From positions 30,501-94,500 of the IMG/VR virus record IMGVR_UViG_3300046000_008568: a stretch of DNA of 64,000 nucleotides; one strand, given 5' to 3'. Position 1 is the stretch's first letter. Every line of letters starts with the position of its first letter. Below, in pieces: positions 19,632 through 29,766 of this stretch. Origin of the DNA: a virus. Its lineage: Duplodnaviria; Heunggongvirae; Uroviricota; Caudoviricetes. The translations under genes were made by a program, and so were the position numbers. Under the pieces are notes generated by a model. It saw nothing but the letters and a program-made list of their open reading frames with translations. It had not been told where the DNA came from and did no database searches.

Positions 19632-20387
19632 ATGACAGATTTAAAAATTCCAACGGAAACGGTTACATTACCATCAAAAGGTCTTGTTTACCCTGAAACA
19701 TCGTTGTTAGCTAAGGGAGAAATCGAAATGCGCTACATGAGTGCACGAGATGAAGATATCTTAACTAACATTAACTTCATTAAGCAGGGAACTGCTATTG
19801 ATAAATTACTAAAATCACTTATAGTAACACCAATTGATATTGATGAGTTGGTTACAGGTGATAAAAACGCAGTTTTATTTGCTGCTCGTATCTTGGGATA
19901 TGGTAAAGAATATTCATTCAAATTTAGAAACGAATCAACAGGTAACGATGATGAATATTCCTTAGATTTAACTACATTAGATGAAAAACCTTTAGACGAA
20001 AATATATTCGAAAAAGGTAAAAACGAATTTGAATTTCAATTACCTAAATCAAATAATACCGTAACATTTAAGTTACTAACAGGCAAAGACGATAAAGCAA
20101 TTGACGCAGAACTTAAAGGACTTCAAAAAATTGACCCAAATGGCTCATTCGAGAATACTACGCGTTTAAAGCGCATGATAATCGCAGTTAACGGCAAGAC
20201 TGACCTAGTATCGATTGTAGATTTCGTAGATAATTACTTACTAGCACCAGATTCACGAGCATTAAAAAAATATTATAACGAGATATCCCCAGATATTGAA
20301 ACTACAATAACTTTAAACAAAGATGGCTACGTTCAGGAGGGCGTAACTATCCCTATTGGGATTAGCTTTTTTTGGCCTGACGCCTAA
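19632..20387 (+). CDS. Tail/baseplate assembly chaperone (T4 gp26-like)
   Basis: LPSKGLVYP, EDILT, ILFAARILGYG; ends SFFWPDA; precedes tape measure. Confidence 0.7.
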   Translation: MTDLKIPTETVTLPSKGLVYPETSLLAKGEIEMRYMSARDEDILTNINFIKQGTAIDKLLKSLIVTPIDIDELVTGDKNAVLFAARILGYGKEYSFKFRNESTGNDDEYSLDLTTLDEKPLDENIFEKGKNEFEFQLPKSNNTVTFKLLTGKDDKAIDAELKGLQKIDPNGSFENTTRLKRMIIAVNGKTDLVSIVDFVDNYLLAPDSRALKKYYNEISPDIETTITLNKDGYVQEGVTIPIGISFFWPDA

Positions 20388-20634
20388 ATATCGAGAATAT
20401 CTATTTTCTAGAATACATGAAATTGTATTTTACGGAAATGGAGGATACGATTGGAATACAGTTTACAATTTGCCTATTTCGCATCGTGATTTTATATATC
20501 ATAAAATTAGAGAACATTTTGAAAAACAAAATGCTGATGCTGAAAAACAACAAAAATCTATGAAATCAGCTTCATCAACAACTGTCAAACCTCCAATGAA
20601 CCCAACCTACACAGCAAAAGCCCCACGAAAGTAG
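20356..20634 (+). CDS. Tail assembly chaperone C-terminal extension (likely frameshift product)
   Basis: Overlaps the upstream ORF across the T7 run; only a TTG start; lies immediately before tape measure. Confidence 0.6.
   Translation: MGLAFFGLTPKYREYLFSRIHEIVFYGNGGYDWNTVYNLPISHRDFIYHKIREHFEKQNADAEKQQKSMKSASSTTVKPPMNPTYTAKAPRK
20367..20373 (+). other. Putative programmed frameshift site (T7 run; +1 or -2)
   Basis: AGC TTT TTT TGG in frame 0 vs GCT TTT TTT GGC in the overlapping +1 ORF. Confidence 0.6.
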
Positions 20635-20641
20635 GGCTTTT
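20616..20641 (+). terminator. Rho-independent terminator
   Basis: AAAAGCCC-CAC-GAAA-GTA-GGGCTTTT. Confidence 0.75.
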
Positions 20642-20642
20642 C

Positions 20643-20650
20643 ATATTTAT
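20643..20650 (+). promoter_or_regulatory. ATATTTAT putative late-promoter motif
   Basis: After terminator, before tape measure. Confidence 0.45.
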
Positions 20651-20667
20651 CTATATAATACACTACT

Positions 20668-22980
20668 ATGGCTAACAATCCTAACGATCCAGATTTTCAA
20701 AAAAATAATGAAGAACTAAATAGATTTAATGATTCCTTAAAAGAATCTATAGATTTATCGAGATCTTTGTCTAGAAATATTAAATCTGTTACGGATGAGC
20801 TTAAACTTTCTAAAGGAGCTAATAGTGAACTTTATAATGATTTAGGTAGATATAATGATGCTTTATCTAAAACCATTGGTTTATCTAAAAAATTAACTGA
20901 TGGACGATTAAAAGTAAAAGATGTAGAAAAATCTATTGCTAATATTGGGCAGACTTATGCCGATTATATGGCTCGAAACAATAAGTCATTTGAAGCAAGA
21001 GGTAGATTTACTTTAAGACAAAAAGACCTTCAAGAAGAACTTCTTAAATTAGAAGATAAAGAAATTAATAGAAGACTTAGAATTGGAGAAGCTGATGCTA
21101 AAATTGATGATTTACGACAACAACTAGCTGCTACTGAAGTCGCCCGCAGAAACACTAGAGAAACTGCTGATAGAGCCCTACAAACTCAAGCGATTCGAGA
21201 TATTAAAGCAAAAATTAAATATCAAGAAGATAATATAAAGATTTTAGAAAAAGATCAAAATCAAGAAGCAAAAATTACTGCTCAAAAACAACAAACTTTA
21301 GATAAAGTTGAAGATATAATAAAATCTCATAAAGGACTCCAAAAACAATATGAAGATGAAATAAAAAAACATGAAATTCTTCTTAAACTAGCAAAAGAAC
21401 AAGATACAGTAACTAATAGAATAAGTAACACATATAAAGACATATCAAAATTACTTAGCCCATTTACTGCAATATTTGCGTTTATTAAACAAATGGCGTT
21501 TGCCATATCTGATCAAACAGTAAAAATACAAAGAGGTTTAGTTAAAACTTATGATGAAGCACTTGTTATAAGACAAGAATTTAATGCTATTGCTGTTGCT
21601 TCTGGAGATATAGCAGTTACTACTGGAAGAATGGTTGCTGCTAATGCTGAGTTAGGAAAGCAATTAGGATACAACACCCAGTTTAGTGAAGACATGAACA
21701 CTGAGTTCATTAAGTTAACTAAAACACTTGGAATTAGTAATGAATCTGCTGGAGGATTAGCAAAACTTACTAAGATATCTGGACAAGAATTTAAAGATGT
21801 TAAAAACATCATTTATCAAACTACCCAACAACTCTCAGTTCAAAATGGACTTCAACAAGATCAAGTAGAAGTTATGGATGAAGTTGGTAAAATATCTGGT
21901 CAAACATTAGCAATGTTTAAAGGTAATGTACCTGCCCTAACAGAAGCTGTTGTTCAAGCTAGATTATTAGGTACTACTTTAGAAAGCGCTAAAAAATCCG
22001 CATCTGCTTTACTTGATTTTGAATCATCTATTGAAAATGAATTACAAGCCGAATTAATTACAGGAAGACAATTTAATTTAGAACGTGCTCGTGCTGCTGC
22101 TTTAACTGGAGATTTAACAACAGAAATGAAAGAGTTAGCAAATCAAGGAATTGATTTTAATAACTACTCTAACATGAACGTTATTGCTCAACAGAAGATA
22201 GCGGATATGATGGGTAAAACTACAGATGAACTTACCGATCAGCTATTAAAACAACAATATTTGGGCATGTCACATGAACAAATTGTTTCTATGAGTGGTG
22301 AGGAAGTAGCTAAAAAAGTAGAAGCATTAAATGCTCAAGAACAATTTAATCTTGCTATGGAAAAAATGCAGGATATTGTTACAAGCTTAGTAGGAGGTCC
22401 TTTAGGACAGTTAGTTGAAGCAATGGCTAGTGCACTTTCAAGTGCTGGAGGTTTATATGGTATGATGTTAGCTATTGCTGGGGTATCACTAGGGAAAACA
22501 CTAGCAACTTTAGCAACCTTAGCAATTGAATTAGAATTATCAGCTGCTGGCGCTATTGCTACTGCTTCTGCTATATCTTTTGGTCTTGCTGCTGTTGGTA
22601 TAGTAGCGGGAATTGCTGCTATGATGGGGGCATTTGACGATGCTAAAACTGATGCCACTCAACCTACATCTGCTGGAGATATGTATTCTGCTAAAGGTAA
22701 AACTATAATATCACCTAAAGAAGGTGGTTTATTTTCATTAAGCGATAATGATGAATTTGCTGCTGCTCCAGGATTAGGAGATATGATTAATAGACCAAAA
22801 CAACAAACCGCGGTTGTTCAAGATAATTCTGCCTTATTAAATGAATTAAAAGATTTAAACAAAAACACATTAATTACTAATCAACTTGTACAGCAAAGCA
22901 ATAATAAAAAATCTGACATATATATGGGACCAGATAAAGTAGGGACCTCATTGCTTAAAAGTAATTATAGCTTAGCTTAA
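20668..22980 (+). CDS. Tape measure protein
   Basis: 770 aa, helical/coiled-coil, Ala/Gly-rich hydrophobic C-terminal part; canonical position. Confidence 0.8.
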   Translation: MANNPNDPDFQKNNEELNRFNDSLKESIDLSRSLSRNIKSVTDELKLSKGANSELYNDLGRYNDALSKTIGLSKKLTDGRLKVKDVEKSIANIGQTYADYMARNNKSFEARGRFTLRQKDLQEELLKLEDKEINRRLRIGEADAKIDDLRQQLAATEVARRNTRETADRALQTQAIRDIKAKIKYQEDNIKILEKDQNQEAKITAQKQQTLDKVEDIIKSHKGLQKQYEDEIKKHEILLKLAKEQDTVTNRISNTYKDISKLLSPFTAIFAFIKQMAFAISDQTVKIQRGLVKTYDEALVIRQEFNAIAVASGDIAVTTGRMVAANAELGKQLGYNTQFSEDMNTEFIKLTKTLGISNESAGGLAKLTKISGQEFKDVKNIIYQTTQQLSVQNGLQQDQVEVMDEVGKISGQTLAMFKGNVPALTEAVVQARLLGTTLESAKKSASALLDFESSIENELQAELITGRQFNLERARAAALTGDLTTEMKELANQGIDFNNYSNMNVIAQQKIADMMGKTTDELTDQLLKQQYLGMSHEQIVSMSGEEVAKKVEALNAQEQFNLAMEKMQDIVTSLVGGPLGQLVEAMASALSSAGGLYGMMLAIAGVSLGKTLATLATLAIELELSAAGAIATASAISFGLAAVGIVAGIAAMMGAFDDAKTDATQPTSAGDMYSAKGKTIISPKEGGLFSLSDNDEFAAAPGLGDMINRPKQQTAVVQDNSALLNELKDLNKNTLITNQLVQQSNNKKSDIYMGPDKVGTSLLKSNYSLA

Positions 22981-22984
22981 TTTA

Positions 22985-22992
22985 ATATTTAT
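22985..22992 (+). promoter_or_regulatory. ATATTTAT putative late-promoter motif
   Basis: Between tape measure and baseplate genes. Confidence 0.45.
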
Positions 22993-23016
22993 AATAAACA
23001 TTAAAACATAAATAAT

Positions 23017-23310
23017 ATGCCAACATCATTAGTAACCTTACTACAAAATCCAACATCGTACACTAATGCAGTACCTAAATGGAATGGAGGGGCAGTACCA
23101 CCAACGTTTCAACCAAACGTTAACCCAAATCCTCCAGGGTCTCGCCATGATCAATATTCAGTAAATGGAAACCCACCTATTCAAGTAATAGCAGGTGGAT
23201 TTGTACCATTTATACCAACACCATCACGTTTAGAAGAAGCCGATCCGTTAAATACGGCACCCTACAGAAACGCACCTGGACTTAAATACGTAGATTTCCC
23301 ACACCCTTAA
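23017..23310 (+). CDS. Pro-rich small virion-associated protein
   Basis: 97-aa ORF in the tail operon. Confidence 0.55.
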   Translation: MPTSLVTLLQNPTSYTNAVPKWNGGAVPPTFQPNVNPNPPGSRHDQYSVNGNPPIQVIAGGFVPFIPTPSRLEEADPLNTAPYRNAPGLKYVDFPHP

Positions 23311-23319
23311 TACTTAATA

Positions 23320-25389
23320 ATGGGTATATTCCAACAGGCTTCATTAACAAATCTAAGGAATTTAAGATACGGACGTGATACAATAGGTGGTGGTGATAGT
23401 GGAGCTCCATATATTACTACTGCTATTCCACCTGCTTTAGACCAACAAGCCGATCCTAACGACGCTGTAGGAATTGACGGTGGTTTAATTAGAGGAGGTT
23501 TTACAGGAGCAACAAATGCTTCTCAAAAAGATTTCATTCGTATTGGTAAATTCTTAAAAGATGCACCACAAGGTCCATTGTTTGTAATCAAACAAGTTGG
23601 ACTACAGTTGTCTAATCCACAGTTGGAAGCACCTCTAGGCGCTGGAGCTATATTAAATAATGTATTACAAGGAAACTTTAGTACACTTTTTGGAGGTGGT
23701 GATAATTTTAACGCTAATATAGGGAATACTCGTATCTATAATGGTGGTATTAATACATTACTTCAAGTTCCACTTAATGCTTTTGGAGGTCATATAACAA
23801 GACATGGTTTGTTGCCGATTCAATCCGATGATGCCAAATATGAAAATGTTGCCTTTAATAACAATCAAGAAGATCAAGGAGCTAACAATAGATTAGTTAG
23901 ATTAAAAGCTAAATTAGTAAAAAACCCGGATGCCAATATAGCTTCATACATTAGTGGTCCTGGTTCTATTGATGGTATAGGAATTACTACTATCCCATAT
24001 ATTTACAAAACATTAAGTAATCCTCAATATCTACCTTTAACTAAACCTCTTGAAATTTCACAAGATGGTTTTACTAACAACGCTGTAGATGAGAATGAAG
24101 ATTATTTATATGTACGCCCTGCTTTAAATCCAAACTATTATAATGCTCAAGGAGTATCATTACAATACTTATACAATTCTGAAGCTTTAATAGAATATAG
24201 TAATAATATTCTTCCTCCTTCTGAAGATCTAACAAATACTCTAGCTCAAAGTAATCAAATTGATCAAAATGCTATTAATTACGGGGCTGCCAAAACATAC
24301 TCAATATTACAAAGTGCTATTGATAGACAGACAAATAAAAATCAAATAGGAACAACATATTTTGAAAAAAATATAGGTACCACAGTTGGAGTAAGTCAAA
24401 TTAATAAGGCTAATCAAGCTAGTACACCTATTCGCTTTAATATAACTGGGAGATCTAAATATAAAAATTTAGATTTAAAAACATTTAATATAGATTCTCG
24501 CTTGGGTTTAAGCCAAGCTGATGGTTATAAAGATGAGGTTAATTTAACCCCACTATACTATGCTTCAGACGCTCCGGGCTCATCATATATTAAAATACCA
24601 GGAAACGCAAGACCTACTAGAGTAAGAGATTTAATCAAATTTAGAATTGAAGCAGTCGATAACGACTCTCCAACAAATAGTGTCTGGATGATCTTTCGTT
24701 CGTACCTTAAGGATATTACAGATAGTCCAAATCCGTCTTGGGGTACAGTTAATTATATAGGACGTGGAGAACCTTTTTATATTTACAAAGGATTTGAACG
24801 AAATATTTCATTTACTCTTCAAGTAGCGGCAATGTCTGAGGAAGAATTAAGACCAATGTGGCAAAAATTAAATTATCTATATTCAAATACAATGCCTGAT
24901 TATAGTAATAATATAATGAGAGCCCCATATATGCGATTAACATTAGGTGATTATATGTTCAGACAACCAGGAATAATTAAAAATTTAACATATTCTATAG
25001 GTAACGATTCACCTTGGGAGATAGCAATTGATGAACCAGAAAGTGGTGGAGATTTATATGAATTACCACACGTAATGACTATAACAATGACATTTGCTCC
25101 GGTACATGACTTCGTTCCTCGCAAATTTCCAACAATTTTAAATACAGTACCAGGTTCAGACGGAAAACCAGTAGCAGATTGGAAAAATCTACCAGCATTT
25201 ATGGGTGATAGACAAAGTAATCAAAATAAATGGTTAACAGATATATTTGGAAGTGATAATAAAATACCAGTGGGAGAAAATTCACCAGGAGTCCGCCCTG
25301 TATCAGTATTACCTACGCCTCAATTAGCCCCCGTAACGGGAGGTGCAACTATAAACGATATTGTTGCTCCCCTTAATATACCACAATAA
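23320..25389 (+). CDS. Baseplate/tail-tube initiator protein (gp48/gp54-like C-terminal domain)
   Basis: FRSYL..ITD..W..YIGRGEPFYIY.GFER.ISF, RLTLGDY...PG.I..L. Confidence 0.6.
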   Translation: MGIFQQASLTNLRNLRYGRDTIGGGDSGAPYITTAIPPALDQQADPNDAVGIDGGLIRGGFTGATNASQKDFIRIGKFLKDAPQGPLFVIKQVGLQLSNPQLEAPLGAGAILNNVLQGNFSTLFGGGDNFNANIGNTRIYNGGINTLLQVPLNAFGGHITRHGLLPIQSDDAKYENVAFNNNQEDQGANNRLVRLKAKLVKNPDANIASYISGPGSIDGIGITTIPYIYKTLSNPQYLPLTKPLEISQDGFTNNAVDENEDYLYVRPALNPNYYNAQGVSLQYLYNSEALIEYSNNILPPSEDLTNTLAQSNQIDQNAINYGAAKTYSILQSAIDRQTNKNQIGTTYFEKNIGTTVGVSQINKANQASTPIRFNITGRSKYKNLDLKTFNIDSRLGLSQADGYKDEVNLTPLYYASDAPGSSYIKIPGNARPTRVRDLIKFRIEAVDNDSPTNSVWMIFRSYLKDITDSPNPSWGTVNYIGRGEPFYIYKGFERNISFTLQVAAMSEEELRPMWQKLNYLYSNTMPDYSNNIMRAPYMRLTLGDYMFRQPGIIKNLTYSIGNDSPWEIAIDEPESGGDLYELPHVMTITMTFAPVHDFVPRKFPTILNTVPGSDGKPVADWKNLPAFMGDRQSNQNKWLTDIFGSDNKIPVGENSPGVRPVSVLPTPQLAPVTGGATINDIVAPLNIPQ

Positions 25390-25700
25390 TGATATACAAT
25401 AACGCAGACATATTAACAACAACTATTGATTCCCCATTCGGTGCGGGAAAACAATACTATAAAGCTAAACAATTTCCTATCATACCACCAACGGCTAATG
25501 ATTTATATGTTGTTACTGTAGAAGGGGATAGATTAGATTTATTAGCTTATACTTACTATCAAGATGCTTCATTATGGTGGGTTATATCTGCTATAAATAA
25601 TAATTGCACATTAGGATCTATGTTTCCTGTGCCTGGAACACAATTACGCATACCTACGGATATAAATAATGTTTTAACTATATTCGGAAATATTAATTAA
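25389..25700 (+). CDS. Baseplate wedge protein (gp53/LysM-like, tail-X type)
   Basis: GDRLDLLAYTYYQDASLWWVISAIN..G..LRIP. Confidence 0.7.
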   Translation: MIYNNADILTTTIDSPFGAGKQYYKAKQFPIIPPTANDLYVVTVEGDRLDLLAYTYYQDASLWWVISAINNNCTLGSMFPVPGTQLRIPTDINNVLTIFGNIN

Positions 25701-25710
25701 ATAAAATGTT

Positions 25711-28700
25711 ATGTCAATATTTAGAGAAACCTTCCCTACATTTATTCAAAACGAATTAAAACGAAGACAAGATGGGATGGCTGCTAGAACTCCCGCTTTT
25801 CTCCACCAATTAAATTCTCGCTCAGCTTGGGTAAGAATGACTTCAGGAGTTAATACTAGAGATAGTAAAGGGGGTATAACCAATGAACTAGCAAAAAACT
25901 ATGTTTTACAAGGTGGAACCTTAAATCATTCTACAAAAGAAACTAAAGATGGTATTGTAGATGTTTTTACTCAAAAAAATGGTTTAGGAAATGCATCAAA
26001 TGCCTATAGTAACAGATCTCAAGGAGGCAATTTAAACAGAACTGGTATTAGACCTATGCCGGGTATTACTAATGTAGCTATACAATCAAAGGGAGCATAC
26101 GGTTCACTTCAAGAAGCAACAGTAACATTTAATTGTTGGGATATTAAACAATTAGAAGAATTAGAACTTCTTTATATGCGTCCGGGATATACTGTACTTT
26201 TAGAATTTGGTTGGGATTTTGCTAAAATAAATGGTTATACTCCTAGCTATGATATATTAAATAAAAGCGATCTAAAATTAAATGATGCTTTTGCTCAAAT
26301 TTATGAATTAATTGATCAAAGTGGAGGAACATACGATGCCTTATTAGGGTATGTTAAAAATTATAATTGGGCTGCTAGAGATGATGGTGGATACGATTGT
26401 ACTACTTCTATTATATCACTAGGTGAAGTATTAGAATCACTTAAATGTAATTGGGTACCTGGAGAAACAATAGCATTTGATAGCTCTAACAAAGGAATAC
26501 TTCAAATACCAGGAGCTCCTTCTAATATAAATGTTGTTCAATCTTATGAAAAAGGAATTATTCCCGGATTAATCCAAGAATTATGGAACTATGCTTATAG
26601 AAGATCAGACAGATTATCAACAACTATAACTGACAGATCAGGAGACTATTATTATCTTTATAGACAAGATATTAGAGAGAATAAGGGTGATAGAGGAGGA
26701 TTAGTTAAAAACCTAGGACAAAACGATCCTAAAGCAGAAATATATATAACATTAGGTAGTTTTTGTGATTTACTTAGTACGTATGTGTTTACTAAAGGAG
26801 CTAGTAATCAACCACTTTCTGAGTTAGTAACTTATGAAACTGACTATAAATCTAAAAATTATATAAAATACGATAAGAAAAATAGCACTAACTCTCCTGA
26901 ATCATTATTTAATCCTCAAAAACCAATTAATGCATATGCTAAATCTCTTAAATGTATAGCTAGTCCTTTAGCTCTATCAACTAATCTAGGAGTATGCTAT
27001 GTTAGAAATGACAATTGGAATAACCTCTCAATTCAAGCACCTACATCACCTACACCACCTGCAAGAATAACACCTTCTAGAGATATCCAGAATGCCGTTT
27101 TTAATACCAATTTTTCTACATTAAAAAATTCTGTGCTGCCTGCAGTAGTTGAACGAATTGGTTCTAAAATGACTAGAACAGGAGATACAACATTAGGTTC
27201 TACATTTGGAGGTGGATTTGACCTTACAAATACAAAACAATATAAATATGATGGTAATTTAAAAGATGACATAACAACACTAGCTACGGATTTAGGAAAT
27301 GCTTTAGTTGGATTTACATTTCCTAGTGGAGTTCCTGAACTTGAATTTTGGAATGGAACCCGATTTTCTTCCCCTAACACAAATCCTGGATCGGGTACTG
27401 TTAATCTTTTAGATTACTTTGGAAATGTTAATAAATTATATGATCAACTATTTCGCTATGATTATGATCCCGCCCCTCCAGGGAAACCAGATATATATGA
27501 ACAAAATATTGTAGGATTTAATGAAGACCCGTTTGAAGATGGAGCTGTTTCAACTACTGATAAAACTCAAAAACAATGGTCTAAACAAGAAGTAATTGAT
27601 CTTCTTAAAACATCTCTTTCTAGTATTCCTATACAAGGAGCATTACAACAAAGTCTTATAAATCAAATCCCTGTAGTAGCAGATCAAGTTGCTAACGCAG
27701 CTTCAAATGTATCATCTAAAAGTGCTTTACCTTTTTTAGAAGATAATAATGGTGATACAAAACAATTAGGATATATTTCAAATATATATGTTAATTTAAA
27801 CTACTTATATGAACATGCAATTTCTAAAAATGTTGCTTCTAGTGATCCTCAAAATAAAAATACTATATCTATAAGGGATTATATTCAAGGAGTTATGAGA
27901 GATGTTCAAAATAGTTTAGGAAATATAAATAATTTTGATATTCAAGTAGATAATCGAAATGCTATAGGTAGAATTATTGATATTAATTTTACTGGAAGTA
28001 CAAAAGAAAAATTATTTCTTCTTCAAATGCATAATCTTAATTCTGTAGTTAGAGATTATAAATTTTCATCTAAAATATTTCCTGAAATGGGTTCTATTAT
28101 AGCTATATCTGCTCAAGATCCTGAAGGTATAGGAAAATTAGGATACGATAATGCTACTTTAGTTGCATGGAATGAAGGGATATCAGATAGATTAATACCT
28201 AAAAAGAATTTTAATTCAACTATAGAGTTAAAAAAAGATCCTAATAAACCTGATAGTCCTGCTACATTTCTTTTACCTTTTTTAACTAAGATATATAATT
28301 ATTTTCAATATATAAATGGTTCTAGTACTTTAAATAGCACAAATGATAATTTTAATTATGCTTATGGTGGGTTAGATTTTGCTTATAGAGACTTTTTAGC
28401 TAGTTTAGATAGATTTGATCCACAAAACCGTTTTAGAACTATTATACCAACAGAATTAACTATTACTTTAGATGGTATTGGTGGTATAATTATAGGAAAT
28501 TTATTTAAAATTAATCAAGACATTATACCTAAAGGATACAAAAACATAGGTAACCGAGAAATTGCATATATTGTAACTAGACTAGGACACCAACTCTCAG
28601 GAAATGACTGGACCACAGAATTAAGTGCTTATCCTGTTGTATTTGAAAATGCCACAGGAATAAAGGTTTGGAAACAATGGGATAATAACCAATATCCAGG

Positions 28701-29241
28701 AACAATTATTAAAGTAGGTAAAAATCGAATAAGGATACCAAATACAGCAGCCGCGGCCGCCAATGAATTAATAGTTTTTAATACTTTAAAAGCTGCAGGA
28801 TGGAATAAGGTACAAGTAGCAGCTGCATTAGGTAATATATCAAAAGAAACAGGAGGTTCATTTGATCCAGGAGCAGTATGGGCTAAAGATCTTAATGGAT
28901 ATCCTTCTGTAGGCTTAATCCAATGGAATGGAAAAGGTGTAGGTAACACTACAGATCCAAATGGTGTTTTTGCTATAATTGGTACAACAGTAGAAGAACA
29001 AACAAATTATTTAATTAATAAATGGCCTAATACTGCTAGATTTTTAAAAGCAACTCCTAGTACGGTAACTCCTTATACAGCAGGATTTAATTTTGCTAAA
29101 ATAGTAGAAGTATGTGCAGATTGCGGAAATTTAACAGACTACCAAAATAGCACAAGATTCCAAGCATATGAAAGAAGCACATTTGCTGAAAACTATTATA
29201 ATAGATTTAATACATCTGGAGATTCTTTATACTGGCAATAA
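25711..29241 (+). CDS. Baseplate hub/central spike-type protein with C-terminal phage-tail-lysozyme-like domain
   Basis: RPMPGIT, YMRPGYTVLLEFGW; C-terminal AAALGNISKETG...GLIQW. Confidence 0.6.
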   Translation: MSIFRETFPTFIQNELKRRQDGMAARTPAFLHQLNSRSAWVRMTSGVNTRDSKGGITNELAKNYVLQGGTLNHSTKETKDGIVDVFTQKNGLGNASNAYSNRSQGGNLNRTGIRPMPGITNVAIQSKGAYGSLQEATVTFNCWDIKQLEELELLYMRPGYTVLLEFGWDFAKINGYTPSYDILNKSDLKLNDAFAQIYELIDQSGGTYDALLGYVKNYNWAARDDGGYDCTTSIISLGEVLESLKCNWVPGETIAFDSSNKGILQIPGAPSNINVVQSYEKGIIPGLIQELWNYAYRRSDRLSTTITDRSGDYYYLYRQDIRENKGDRGGLVKNLGQNDPKAEIYITLGSFCDLLSTYVFTKGASNQPLSELVTYETDYKSKNYIKYDKKNSTNSPESLFNPQKPINAYAKSLKCIASPLALSTNLGVCYVRNDNWNNLSIQAPTSPTPPARITPSRDIQNAVFNTNFSTLKNSVLPAVVERIGSKMTRTGDTTLGSTFGGGFDLTNTKQYKYDGNLKDDITTLATDLGNALVGFTFPSGVPELEFWNGTRFSSPNTNPGSGTVNLLDYFGNVNKLYDQLFRYDYDPAPPGKPDIYEQNIVGFNEDPFEDGAVSTTDKTQKQWSKQEVIDLLKTSLSSIPIQGALQQSLINQIPVVADQVANAASNVSSKSALPFLEDNNGDTKQLGYISNIYVNLNYLYEHAISKNVASSDPQNKNTISIRDYIQGVMRDVQNSLGNINNFDIQVDNRNAIGRIIDINFTGSTKEKLFLLQMHNLNSVVRDYKFSSKIFPEMGSIIAISAQDPEGIGKLGYDNATLVAWNEGISDRLIPKKNFNSTIELKKDPNKPDSPATFLLPFLTKIYNYFQYINGSSTLNSTNDNFNYAYGGLDFAYRDFLASLDRFDPQNRFRTIIPTELTITLDGIGGIIIGNLFKINQDIIPKGYKNIGNREIAYIVTRLGHQLSGNDWTTELSAYPVVFENATGIKVWKQWDNNQYPGTIIKVGKNRIRIPNTAAAAANELIVFNTLKAAGWNKVQVAAALGNISKETGGSFDPGAVWAKDLNGYPSVGLIQWNGKGVGNTTDPNGVFAIIGTTVEEQTNYLINKWPNTARFLKATPSTVTPYTAGFNFAKIVEVCADCGNLTDYQNSTRFQAYERSTFAENYYNRFNTSGDSLYWQ

Positions 29242-29253
29242 TTTAATTAATTA

Positions 29254-29727
29254 ATGAGACCAATACCTAAAAGCCGAATTCAAGAAAGTTTATATACCAA
29301 TGGTACTGGTATAGGGCAAAATATTGCTTTACGTTACATAAGTGATAAAAAACCTTATCTAGGATCATATAACATAGTTAATGGTACTAAATATTCTACA
29401 GGAAAAACATTTGATAATAATTCTCAATCATTAGAAACTTATAATGTTTTATCAAAAAATACTGCTTCTATTTTATCTGCTGGGTCCGTTCCTACTTTAA
29501 AAGATTCATTATTAAATCCTAATGTTTCCTTGTCTTCTCCTCGTTATTTTTCTAAAGACTTAAGAACTTCAAATATTTTAATTAAAGAAATAGATAAAAA
29601 CGCTTATAATCAACTAGCTGACCAATCTTCATCAAATTATCAAGTAATAATTTACGATCAAAACACTCAAACTTTAGAAGAAGTTAATAGTCAAATGCCT
29701 GGATTGACATCTTTCTTGGTTTCCTAA
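29254..29727 (+). CDS. Hypothetical protein (baseplate region)
   Basis: 157-aa ORF. Confidence 0.55.
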   Translation: MRPIPKSRIQESLYTNGTGIGQNIALRYISDKKPYLGSYNIVNGTKYSTGKTFDNNSQSLETYNVLSKNTASILSAGSVPTLKDSLLNPNVSLSSPRYFSKDLRTSNILIKEIDKNAYNQLADQSSSNYQVIIYDQNTQTLEEVNSQMPGLTSFLVS

Positions 29728-29746
29728 AAATTTATTCGTACATTTA
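29715..29746 (+). promoter_or_regulatory. Bacteroidota-type promoter (CTTG-N20-TACATTTA)
   Basis: Exact 20-nt spacer; start of replication module. Confidence 0.65.
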
Positions 29747-29766
29747 GCGAATAAATAAATAAGGTT

